A stretch of 64,000 nt of DNA. It comes from Candidatus Heimdallarchaeum endolithica. Its GTDB lineage: Archaea > Asgardarchaeota > Heimdallarchaeia > Heimdallarchaeales > Heimdallarchaeaceae. Positions within the stretch are counted from its first letter, which is position 1. The number at the start of each line of letters is the position of its first letter. The position numbers were made by a program, and so were the translations under genes. Below, one piece after another: positions 47,868 through 57,044 of this stretch. The notes below the pieces were generated by a model. It saw only the letters and a program-made list of their open reading frames with translations, was not told the origin of the DNA and ran no database searches. The stretch covers positions 3,072,001 to 3,136,000 of the forward strand of contig CP084167.1 in NCBI GenBank assembly GCA_021513715.1, given 5' to 3'.

Positions 47868-50693
47868 TTATGCCATGCGTATTATCCCATCACGAGGTGA
47901 ATAGAGCTCGCCATTTTCTCTTAATTGTCTAATTACTTTGTCTACGAAATCTCCATCTATTGAATATTCTTTTTCAGCAATTTGTTTAACTTTGCTAACA
48001 GAAACCTCATTAGAAAAACCTTTCTTGGTTTCTTCTTTTATAATGTCGATAACTTTTTGGAGATTACTACGTTCACTTCTTGATGTACCTTGTAAAAAGT
48101 AATCTACATCTACTTTTCCAGTTACAGGGTCTCTCCCTACTTGTTGGAGGGATTCAGTTAAAAGGCGAATAGCTGCTTCAGCATGGTCAATTGTCACATC
48201 TTCTTTTAGAGCCATTCTCGCTTGTGCTTCAGAAAGACGAATAATCGCTTCTAAATACCTGGGTGTAATAGCAATAGATTTTTTGTCTGATTGCTTTCTG
48301 AGGTCGAGATAGAATTTCTCTATTCTACGCATAGCTTCATCAGTCAATGAAGGTTCAACATTTTGTTTAGCATAACTAATATATTTTCTTAAAAGATCCA
48401 TAGGGATAGGAGGTTCTGCAGTAGCAGATATCTGCCCTCTTCTTAATTCTAAAATATGTCTGGCCATATTAAGGTCACTGTCTGGCTCAGGAACATCGCG
48501 CATAATGTAAATAAGATCAAAACGAGAAATAATAGTAGCAGGTAGGTTAATGTTGTCAACTGGGTGAGAGTTTTCTTCATATCTGCCAAATTTGGGGTTA
48601 GCTGCAGCAATAATAGCTGTTCTTGCATTAAGTTGAGCAACGATACCCGCCTTGGCTATGCTAACGGTATGCTGTTCCATAGCTTCATGTATAGCTGAAC
48701 GATCATGAGCAGTCATTTTATCAAATTCGTCTATAATTGCTAAACCCCTATCTGCTAGTACTAAAGCTCCTGCTTCTAAAGAAAATTCTCCTGTATCTGG
48801 ATCTCTTACTACTGCTGCAGTGTTGTGAGTAATAAAACCGTTAACTATGAAATTGTGTGTTTGTGGAACAGTTAAATCATAAACATATTCATTTTCTTTC
48901 TCTACAAATTCGACTTTAGTTACTTCATCCCAGAAGATTTCGCTTGAAAGGAGCGATTCTATAAGTTTAATATCTTGCTCCAACTTCATATTCTCTTTAC
49001 ATATTGATTTAATTTTGTTGAGAGTACTTCTAATTTCATTTTTGTTGCAATTCTTAAAATCCAAAGTTATATCTTTATTAGAATTAGAGATTGTATTATT
49101 AGAAAGGTCTAATTTTCTAATTAATTTGCCTAATAGTTGTTCTATGTGAAAAACCACTTTCTTACCTACAGAACTACTTCCTAAATCCTTTGTCTCTCTT
49201 TTTTTAGGATTAATTGTTCCAACTAAATCTCCTTTAACTAAATCTTTAGCTTTTATCCATATTATTCCTCTCTTTGAAAGAGTGAGAAGAGGAGTTTGCT
49301 GAGTTAATTTGATTGTCCTACCACTCATAGATGATATTTTAACTAGTAAACGAGGACTTTTGATTTTCCAAAATTTTTTGATTTTGGTTGAGTTGATTTT
49401 TAAGTTGGAAGAATTTAAAATAGCATTATAATCTGAATCTGTTTCTAATTTTTTTTCTACAAACCAGAAACCTTCTTGGTATTCTTGTGGATTGTTGTTT
49501 TTAAACTCTCTTTCTACTATATCTTCTATTCGTTCAACTTTATTTTCAAAATATATTTGACTATCTGCTGCAACACATAGTCCTGCTGCTGAACTTGCTC
49601 TTCCTGAAGTAAAAATACCTCGAGGAGCTAATCTGTTTGCAAAATGAAGAAGTTGGCTTTTTCCTACACCTGGATCTCCAACTAATAATAGATTTGATTC
49701 TCCTCTCTGTTTCATACCATCTGGTGTAACTCTGGAAACACCACCAAAGAGTACAGTAGCAATAGCCTCTTTAATGATTTCATGACCATAGATAGAGGGC
49801 GCAATAGAACGAATGATTTTGTTATGAATGTTAATGTCTTTAGAAAGCTCTAGAATCTCTTTTTCAGTGTCAGGGTCGATTTCTAATTCTTCGAATTCCT
49901 TCTGTCTAGAAGCAGCAAAATTGACCTCTAACCAAGGGTCAAAAGTAGCTAACTGTCTCTTCTTTTGTTGAAGAGAGGGCTTCATTCTAAGAATACCGTT
50001 AACAATTGCTCTGTCTCCTGCTCTAACAACATCTACTAGATCTCCAACTAAGTATGCAGGAAGAGAGCGAGGAATTTGACCAGGAGGAAGGTTTTCTGGC
50101 CTTTCTTGAATAGTAATTGTTTGGACATCAGTATAAGATGATTCTTCTGGAAGGAGCTTGAAAGGACCTTTTTTACCACAATCAGGGTTACTACACTGGG
50201 CAGGTTCAGAATAATAACCTAAATCCTGGTCCCAGCTCATTATTTCACCACAGCGAGTACATTGGAAAACTCCTTGAATAAGAAGAGGTTTAACAACAGA
50301 TTGACGAAGAACAATACCTTCTACTGAAATAAATCTGCCTAAATGAGTGGCTCGAACATGACGAAGATCAACAACATCAGGGATGTTAGCAAATCTTACT
50401 TTAAACCATTCTCTATTTTCTTGTGCGTAACTCAAATCTTCTATCGTGATAACATCAAAAAGAGCTTCATCAGCATCTTGAAACATAGTTTCAGGTTCAT
50501 CTCGAATCATTTGAGCAAGTCCTGGGTCATAACGTAGAATATCATCGTAATTGACATAAAGAGAAGTTAATCCTTCTAAAACCATTTTCTGAATTTGTTC
50601 AGTGTAAACATATCTGCCGTTTTCATCCATGTAACCTTGAAAAAACTCTTTGAATCGTTCTGAATACCCTTTCGCTGTTGTATCAATATGCAT
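47868..50693 (-). CDS. mcm: MCM replicative helicase containing one intein
   Basis: C4 Zn finger, GDPGVGKS, IDEFDK, MEQ, SRFD, C-terminal WH. Insertion lies between AAGL and TAAV. Confidence 0.96.
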   Translation of the reverse strand: MHIDTTAKGYSERFKEFFQGYMDENGRYVYTEQIQKMVLEGLTSLYVNYDDILRYDPGLAQMIRDEPETMFQDADEALFDVITIEDLSYAQENREWFKVRFANIPDVVDLRHVRATHLGRFISVEGIVLRQSVVKPLLIQGVFQCTRCGEIMSWDQDLGYYSEPAQCSNPDCGKKGPFKLLPEESSYTDVQTITIQERPENLPPGQIPRSLPAYLVGDLVDVVRAGDRAIVNGILRMKPSLQQKKRQLATFDPWLEVNFAASRQKEFEELEIDPDTEKEILELSKDINIHNKIIRSIAPSIYGHEIIKEAIATVLFGGVSRVTPDGMKQRGESNLLLVGDPGVGKSQLLHFANRLAPRGIFTSGRASSAAGLCVAADSQIYFENKVERIEDIVEREFKNNNPQEYQEGFWFVEKKLETDSDYNAILNSSNLKINSTKIKKFWKIKSPRLLVKISSMSGRTIKLTQQTPLLTLSKRGIIWIKAKDLVKGDLVGTINPKKRETKDLGSSSVGKKVVFHIEQLLGKLIRKLDLSNNTISNSNKDITLDFKNCNKNEIRSTLNKIKSICKENMKLEQDIKLIESLLSSEIFWDEVTKVEFVEKENEYVYDLTVPQTHNFIVNGFITHNTAAVVRDPDTGEFSLEAGALVLADRGLAIIDEFDKMTAHDRSAIHEAMEQHTVSIAKAGIVAQLNARTAIIAAANPKFGRYEENSHPVDNINLPATIISRFDLIYIMRDVPEPDSDLNMARHILELRRGQISATAEPPIPMDLLRKYISYAKQNVEPSLTDEAMRRIEKFYLDLRKQSDKKSIAITPRYLEAIIRLSEAQARMALKEDVTIDHAEAAIRLLTESLQQVGRDPVTGKVDVDYFLQGTSRSERSNLQKVIDIIKEETKKGFSNEVSVSKVKQIAEKEYSIDGDFVDKVIRQLRENGELYSPRDGIIRMA
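48822..49577 (-). mobile_element. Intein in MCM (252 aa, no recognisable homing endonuclease)
   Basis: Starts CVAADS, ends VYDLTVPQTHNFIVNGFITHN, followed by Thr(+1). No LAGLIDADG motifs seen. Confidence 0.92.
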
Positions 50694-50923
50694 AAAGATC
50701 CTTCCTTCTATAGAATAGCAATTATTAGATTGATAATAAGTCTTACTTATTAGACTATTTCAAAAAATATAACTAGAAATTAATATATAAACCCAATAAT
50801 TAAGTAATAAAGAAAATAGTAGGTAAAATAGAAAAACAAAGAAGAAAATCATAAAATTGTCTATTAATTCTTACTATTGTTCAAGGAAAAATATAACATA
50901 AAGTGTTGAATAATTAAGTAGTA

Positions 50924-52264
50924 ATGACATATACTAGTTCCCACATAACTTTGCAAGGTTTAGCTTTATGGACTTTCATGCCTGATAAAATGAAAGATTA
51001 TTATAAAACTCATAAATGGGATTTGTTAGCAATAAATATTGTAGCAGGGCTCCCAGATATTGATATCTTTTTTGGGATACATAGAGAATATACTCATGGA
51101 ATTATAATTCCTACGCTAATTCTACTATTATCAGTTTTGTATTCTCAGATAATGAAGAAAAAAGACAAATATCAAGGCAAAAATAAAAGATTCACACGAT
51201 TTATTAGTTTATCAATGTTAATGTGGATCATACATATTCTAATTGATCTAACTTGGGATGCAATAATGGTTTTTTGGCCATTAGATAACCATTTCTATAA
51301 CTTAGATTTAATATTCAGGTTAAATGCCAGTAACTTAGTGTTAGTAGGAATAATTCCTCAATGGCAAATTTACTCAAAAACAGAAGGACAGAATATGTTT
51401 TTCATTAATCTTACACAAGAGCAAAGAGCAAATATATTTGGAAAATTTCTTGATTTAACAATTCCGCAATTAACTGTTGAAATACTCTTAGCTCTTGTAT
51501 GGTTTGTAGTAATTATTCTCCCAATGATAAAAAGAAGTGTAAAAAAAGGTGAAGAGAAAAATAAAAAAAGAGAAAAAATAGTTGTAATAGGTAGAATACT
51601 AAAAAAACAATTAAATAGACAAACATCAGTTGTAGGTCTCTTAATTATACTAATAGGTTTAATGTATGGTCCTTCTGCAGGGAAAGTAAATACATATGAA
51701 GGAAGTTTTGCTGTTTATTTGGCAAATACAAATTCAATATTTGATCCAACCTTAGGTTTCTCTTTGGAGAAAGAAAAAGCAAGGAATATATCACTTTTAA
51801 TAAAAACAGAAATAACAAAGGTAAACTATTCTGCTGTTCTGTTAATTGTAGACAATAATACATTTTCTACTTTCTTCAATAACTTTTTGAATATTACAGA
51901 ATATTACTATAATGATAGTTTAGAGTATCAATCATTAGAAAAGCAATATTTTGATTTAGTAGAAGAAACAATTAATAAAAGTGAAATAGTAAAAGAGGGG
52001 AAAATAACTGGAAATATGAATGAGGTCTCTATAACCCTTTATAACAATATTGAGGATAATATTCAATATCACATTTTATACCTTCTAAAAGAATGGACGC
52101 CGAATTGTTCATTTATGTACAAGACAACTGTTTCTCTAAAATACATGACTGAGAGAGTAAATCAATTCATTGGAGGAATAATAATAATCTTTTCTGGAGT
52201 AATAGTAATAGTAATAGACCAAATTGTAAGCTTTCTAGAATATAAAAAAAAAGGAAGTAAATGA
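50924..52264 (+). CDS. Membrane-bound metal-dependent hydrolase (YdjM-like) with an extracellular C-terminal extension
   Basis: H...LPDID...HREYTH...HILID motif in TM context. Confidence 0.75.
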   Translation: MTYTSSHITLQGLALWTFMPDKMKDYYKTHKWDLLAINIVAGLPDIDIFFGIHREYTHGIIIPTLILLLSVLYSQIMKKKDKYQGKNKRFTRFISLSMLMWIIHILIDLTWDAIMVFWPLDNHFYNLDLIFRLNASNLVLVGIIPQWQIYSKTEGQNMFFINLTQEQRANIFGKFLDLTIPQLTVEILLALVWFVVIILPMIKRSVKKGEEKNKKREKIVVIGRILKKQLNRQTSVVGLLIILIGLMYGPSAGKVNTYEGSFAVYLANTNSIFDPTLGFSLEKEKARNISLLIKTEITKVNYSAVLLIVDNNTFSTFFNNFLNITEYYYNDSLEYQSLEKQYFDLVEETINKSEIVKEGKITGNMNEVSITLYNNIEDNIQYHILYLLKEWTPNCSFMYKTTVSLKYMTERVNQFIGGIIIIFSGVIVIVIDQIVSFLEYKKKGSK

Positions 52265-52394
52265 ACCTACAAAATAAACTTTTTGACCTTTTTATACAAA
52301 GAAAACAAAAACATTTGTAAAATTATCTAAACAAATTTTTCTTTATCTGAGCTTAACTTATTTTTTACAAAACTTCTAACTACTAAAAACATAA

Positions 52395-53444
52395 TTAAAA
52401 ATCCCAAAAAGAAGATAGGTGCTTTTTAAATATACTAATTTGTTTTCTTGTTGATTTATGTATCTTCCAATTATCTTGATAACTTAATATTTTTGGCTTA
52501 ATTCCCATTATTCCTCTTAAAAAACTATTAGTACATGAACTCAAATTATTAAGATCATATCCTCCCTCTGTAACAGCAATAATTCTCTTTTTAGAATATT
52601 TCTCTGCAATTTCAGATAGTATAAATCCTGCAGATTGAAAAGCTTCAACCTTTAAATTAAGCATTCCTACTGGGTCTGTTTCTAAACCATCAAACCCTAA
52701 AGAAACTAAAATTATTTCAGGTTTAAACTGTTCTAGTACTTTTATTGATTGCTGGAAAGTATAAACCCAGTTTTGGGTGTTAGTTTTAGGTAAAACTGGG
52801 CAGTTAACAGTATATCCCATTCCATCATAAATACCACTTTCAAAAGGATATCCTCTTCCTGGATAAGCATAAGCTGGATGGGCATGGATTGAATAATATA
52901 AAACATCATTTCGTGAATAAAAGATGTCTGCAGTTCCATTACCAAAATGTTGATCAATATCTACAATTGCAATTTTACTAAAGCCTTTAGATACTAACGT
53001 TTCTGCGATAATTGCAATATTATTAAAAAAGCAAAATCCTGCAACAGTTGAAGAATTAGTATGATGTCCTGGGGGTCTTACTATTGCAAAAGCTTTTTCT
53101 GTTTCATTATTAGAAACAAGCTCTGCTGCTTGCTTCGAAGCTCCTGCAGCATAACAAGCAGCAGAAAAAGTGTGTTTGTTTAAAACATTATCCCATGTAA
53201 TTACTCCTCCACCTTGAAGTGAGATGGATTTTACAACATTGATTAAATGTAAATCATGGACTAGTAAAAGGTCTTCTTCTATTATTTTTTCTGATTTTAC
53301 AAATTTACATTTGAAATTATTCCTTTCACTAAAAATATTAAAACCTTGGATGAACTTGTCTAACCTTTGTGGTTTCTCTGGATGTTGGGGGTCCATTACA
53401 TGCTTTTTCATCTCTTCATTGGAGAGCGTAATAAGATTATACAT
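52395..53444 (-). CDS. Histone deacetylase-family (Zn-dependent) protein
   Basis: HPEKPQR, RPPGHH, GFCFFNN, DIDQHFGNGT, GFD, EGGY. Confidence 0.93.
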   Translation of the reverse strand: MYNLITLSNEEMKKHVMDPQHPEKPQRLDKFIQGFNIFSERNNFKCKFVKSEKIIEEDLLLVHDLHLINVVKSISLQGGGVITWDNVLNKHTFSAACYAAGASKQAAELVSNNETEKAFAIVRPPGHHTNSSTVAGFCFFNNIAIIAETLVSKGFSKIAIVDIDQHFGNGTADIFYSRNDVLYYSIHAHPAYAYPGRGYPFESGIYDGMGYTVNCPVLPKTNTQNWVYTFQQSIKVLEQFKPEIILVSLGFDGLETDPVGMLNLKVEAFQSAGFILSEIAEKYSKKRIIAVTEGGYDLNNLSSCTNSFLRGIMGIKPKILSYQDNWKIHKSTRKQISIFKKHLSSFWDF

Positions 53445-53554
53445 TCAATTAGAAAATGTAGTTTGTAAGTTAAATATTTTCTCTAAAAAAACGTAATATT
53501 AGCATTAGTAAATCCATAAATTTAAATAAAGAAGAGTTAGAAAAGTTATAAAGC

Positions 53555-54106
53555 GTGTTGAGTGATAAAATGAGTTTCTTGTTAGATGTTGGATTAGCTT
53601 TTATGTTCGCGAGCCCTATTTTTGTCTCGAATGCAATTCCCACAATCTTTGGAGGAGGCTATCCTGTTGATTTCTACAAAAACTTCATAGATGGAAAAAG
53701 AATACTAGGCAATCATAAAACAATTAGAGGATTGCTTGCAGGTATATTATTCGGTTTTGTAGCTAGTATAGTTGTTTGGTATACAGTAGGAGATTTGTTT
53801 CAACAATTGTATGGTTTAATGGGTTTTAAATATCCAATCTGGATTGGTTTGGTGATGGGTTGGGGTTGTAATTTTGGTGACATGTTTGGTTCTTTTATTA
53901 AACGTCGCCTGAATATCGTTTCTGGGGGTAAGTTTCCTGTTTTTGACCAAACTGGGTATATGATCTTTGGACTGTTATGGTCTTGGCCAGTGTTTAAGTT
54001 TATTCCTTGGCAATTCCTAGTAACATTACTTGTTATTTCTCCATTGTTGCATATTCTCGCAAATCTACTTGCATATGCTGTTAAAGCAAAAGACGTATGG
54101 TGGTAG
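53555..54106 (+). CDS. carS: CDP-archaeol synthase
   Basis: SNAIP...PVD...DGKRILGNHKT.RG, GDMFGSFIKRR, DQ. Confidence 0.92.
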   Translation: MLSDKMSFLLDVGLAFMFASPIFVSNAIPTIFGGGYPVDFYKNFIDGKRILGNHKTIRGLLAGILFGFVASIVVWYTVGDLFQQLYGLMGFKYPIWIGLVMGWGCNFGDMFGSFIKRRLNIVSGGKFPVFDQTGYMIFGLLWSWPVFKFIPWQFLVTLLVISPLLHILANLLAYAVKAKDVWW

Positions 54107-54232
54107 AAATAATCATTTTTTCCTAACAAATTTCTTTTTACATTTGTTTGAATATCAGTCTTTCAACCTATTGAGAAAAGATTATAAATATATTCCTTTT
54201 TCTTAAATTTAGAATAATATAAGTTGTAAAAG

Positions 54233-54535
54233 ATGAAAGAATGCACGCTTTATTGCCGATCTTTTCGCTGCACTAACAGAGCATTAAAAGTTGAACGCCT
54301 AGGAAATGGTTCAAAAAAGTTCATCTGTACGATGGAAGGGGATGAATGTATTGGATATTTTTGTAAATATGCTTCTTGTGCAGAAAAAATGTTAGCTGAT
54401 GATGGTCGTTGTTTACGACCAGATAAGAAAGTGTCTTCCAGACCAAAGAAACCAATTAAAATTGATAAATATGATGTTTTTGATACTAATTCTTTAGATG
54501 ATAGATTATATAAAAAATTGAGGAGAAAAATGTAA
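54233..54535 (+). CDS. Small Cys-rich (8 Cys) putative metal-binding protein
   Basis: CxxxCxxxxC...C...CxxxxCxxxxC...C followed by a basic tail. Confidence 0.7.
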   Translation: MKECTLYCRSFRCTNRALKVERLGNGSKKFICTMEGDECIGYFCKYASCAEKMLADDGRCLRPDKKVSSRPKKPIKIDKYDVFDTNSLDDRLYKKLRRKM

Positions 54536-54590
54536 TTATCTTCTACCTAACTTTTAAATACCAAGACGAATAACTATTTTATCGAATGAG

Positions 54591-55376
54591 TTGAGTAATA
54601 TGTTTCCTAATGCAGTTCAACCACAAAAAAATCTTCTACCTTTTGGTATACCAAGTTTGGACGAAATTCTAGGGGGTGGTATTCCAACAGGATCTATAGT
54701 TTTAATAGAAGATGAAATAGGTGCAGAGGCCAATCCTTTTATTTTACAATTTTTAGCAGAAGGTCTAAAAGCAGGACAATATGGATATATTATGGCAACA
54801 GAACACCCCTATCAATACTTTGCTGAAATGTTGTCTGGGATAGGTGTTAACACTGACATGCTTAAAGCTACTGGAAGATTAAAATACATTGATGCTTTTT
54901 CTAATCCTTTTGGCTATACTGACCTCCGTTCAGAGCACGACTTGGCTGTAAGAAATATTAGTCAACCTCGTGAATTAAATGAAATTATAAGAAGAGCTTT
55001 CCTTCATGTTAGAGATCAAAATGTGATTAAAAGAGGAATTGTGAGCTCACTATCATCTATTATCTACGCTGCAGATGAATCAAAAAAGACAATATTTTCT
55101 TTCTTGCAGAACAGACTAGCAAGCAACAAACTTGATGGTTCTGTAACACTATTTTCTTTGCATTATGATGCACATCCAAGATTATTAGTAAAAGCAATGG
55201 AACACTTAAGTGATGTGACAATCAGAGTGAAAAAAGGTTTTACAAAAGAAGAACGGCCGTTAAATGAGGTACAAGTGATAAATATTAAAGGAAAACCTGA
55301 ACTAGCAGGAGAAAGTGTTCAATTTGAGTTCATCTCTGGAAAAATTATACCCTATTATGAAGAAAACTTGTTCTAG
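54591..55376 (+). CDS. KaiC/RAD55-family protein with inactivated Walker motifs
   Basis: FGIPSLDEILGGGIP is retained. Walker A reads EDEIGAEAN and Walker B reads GIVSSL. Confidence 0.8.
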   Translation: MSNMFPNAVQPQKNLLPFGIPSLDEILGGGIPTGSIVLIEDEIGAEANPFILQFLAEGLKAGQYGYIMATEHPYQYFAEMLSGIGVNTDMLKATGRLKYIDAFSNPFGYTDLRSEHDLAVRNISQPRELNEIIRRAFLHVRDQNVIKRGIVSSLSSIIYAADESKKTIFSFLQNRLASNKLDGSVTLFSLHYDAHPRLLVKAMEHLSDVTIRVKKGFTKEERPLNEVQVINIKGKPELAGESVQFEFISGKIIPYYEENLF

Positions 55377-55456
55377 CATTAATTAAATATTCTTCTTTTT
55401 TATTTATTAATACCATTAGATTTATTAATTTAGTTTGTTTGTTTTATTTGATAAGT

Positions 55457-55999
55457 TTGTCATTCGATTATTTGTTCAAGACAATTATTGTTGGAGACCC
55501 AAATGTGGGAAAAACTTCAATTACACTTCGTTTTTCGACAGGAACTTTTAGAGAAAGATATCTATTTACTATAGGTGTAGAATTTAGTGTTAAGGATATT
55601 GAAGTTGATGGAAATAAAGTGAAAATTCAAGCTTGGGATACTGGAGGACATGATAAATATTCTTATATTCGCCCATTATATTACAAGGGGTCATATGGGA
55701 CGCTAATTGTCTATGACATAACCAATAAAGACTCTTTTGAGAATTTAGATAAATGGTTTAAGGAAGTTTATGATAATTGTGAATCAACGATTCCTGCTAT
55801 TTTGGTAGGAAATAAAAATGATTTGGAAGAACAAAGAGAAGTGACTAGGGAAGAAGCTTTAAACTATGCAGAAGAGATGAGCAAAAGATATAACTTGGAT
55901 AATATTCCTTATTTTGAAACTTCTGCAAAAACAGGTGAAAACGTCGATGATATATATTTTGAATTAACAAGACTAATGATTAAAAAATCGAATATGTAA
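55457..55999 (+). CDS. Rab-like small GTPase
   Basis: GDPNVGKT, TIGVEF, WDTGGH, YYKGS, VYDIT, GNKND, ETSAK. No C-terminal Cys. Start is TTG at 55457 or 55439. Confidence 0.92.
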   Translation: MSFDYLFKTIIVGDPNVGKTSITLRFSTGTFRERYLFTIGVEFSVKDIEVDGNKVKIQAWDTGGHDKYSYIRPLYYKGSYGTLIVYDITNKDSFENLDKWFKEVYDNCESTIPAILVGNKNDLEEQREVTREEALNYAEEMSKRYNLDNIPYFETSAKTGENVDDIYFELTRLMIKKSNM

Positions 56000-56158
56000 T
56001 TTTCGTAATATCATTCTTGTTTTCTATTAAATTTTTTAAAAAGATTCTATTATGATTATTTTATAACAATGCAAAAAGTGTCTCATAACAAACTTTAATT
56101 TCGTTTTATTTTTACTGTTCATAAGCCAAGATAAACGTAAAAATAGACGTTTACATGG

Positions 56159-56719
56159 GTGAAAATTATGAAGATAACTGACATCAGACTAAATGGTAGG
56201 GGTGGTCAGGGAGCAGTAACTGCTTCACGTTTACTAGGTGAAGCAGCAATAAAAGAAGGACAATATACGCATGCCTTTCCTAATTTTGGTCCAGAAAGAG
56301 CTGGAGCACCTGTCACTTCTTTTACACGTATTTGCCCTGAACCCTTCACTGAAAAAACTGAAGTTTTTGAACCTGACGTAGTTGTTGTAATCGATCCTAC
56401 CCTTTTGGGAGAAGTACCTGTTGCACAAGGTCTAAAGAAGGGAGGAACTATTGTCTGCAACTATAGTGGAAAACTAGACGATTTGAAAAAGTATTTTGAA
56501 GGAGTTGATGCAAATATACATAAAGTTGATGCATCCAAGATAGCTATTGAAGAATTAGGAGTAGATAAGCCTAATATGATAATGCTTGGAGCCCTACTAA
56601 AAGTACGTCCATTAGTAAAACTTGAGAGCTTGATAGATGTAACAAAAGAACGTTTCAAAGGTTCAGTAGGAGAGAAAAACGCAAAAGCTATGCGTCGTGC
56701 ATATGAAGAGGTGGAATAA
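56159..56719 (+). CDS. porC: Pyruvate/2-oxoacid:ferredoxin oxidoreductase gamma subunit
   Basis: GRGGQG, FGPERAGAP, NMIMLGA. Confidence 0.92.
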   Translation: MKIMKITDIRLNGRGGQGAVTASRLLGEAAIKEGQYTHAFPNFGPERAGAPVTSFTRICPEPFTEKTEVFEPDVVVVIDPTLLGEVPVAQGLKKGGTIVCNYSGKLDDLKKYFEGVDANIHKVDASKIAIEELGVDKPNMIMLGALLKVRPLVKLESLIDVTKERFKGSVGEKNAKAMRRAYEEVE

Positions 56720-57037
56720 ATGGAGAAAAAAAATCCCCCAAAAGAATTTGAAGAATGGATAAATGAAAAATGGGGAACAGAAAGACTGCCAGTAGGTGGT
56801 GTAGTTCCTTATCAAAGCTCTTACGGATATAAAACTGGTGATTGGTCAGCTTATAAAGCTCATATAGACAAAGAAAAATGTATAGGCTGTTTAAATTGCT
56901 TCTTTTATTGTCCTGATTCAGCAATTACCATGGATGAAAATAACAAAGCAGAAGCAGATTTTGATTTCTGCAAAGGATGTGGAGTTTGTGCTCAACATTG
57001 CCCTGTTGATGCAATAGAAATGAAATCATTGAGGTGA
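56720..57037 (+). CDS. porD: 2-oxoacid:ferredoxin oxidoreductase delta subunit
   Basis: TGDW, CIGCLNC..YCP, CKGCGVC...CP. Confidence 0.92.
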   Translation: MEKKNPPKEFEEWINEKWGTERLPVGGVVPYQSSYGYKTGDWSAYKAHIDKEKCIGCLNCFFYCPDSAITMDENNKAEADFDFCKGCGVCAQHCPVDAIEMKSLR

Positions 57038-57044
57038 AAAAAGG

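Noticed and set aside
50694-50923. Replication origin beside mcm
   Set aside because: AT-rich, but no ORB-like repeats with G-strings and no cdc6/orc1 gene nearby.
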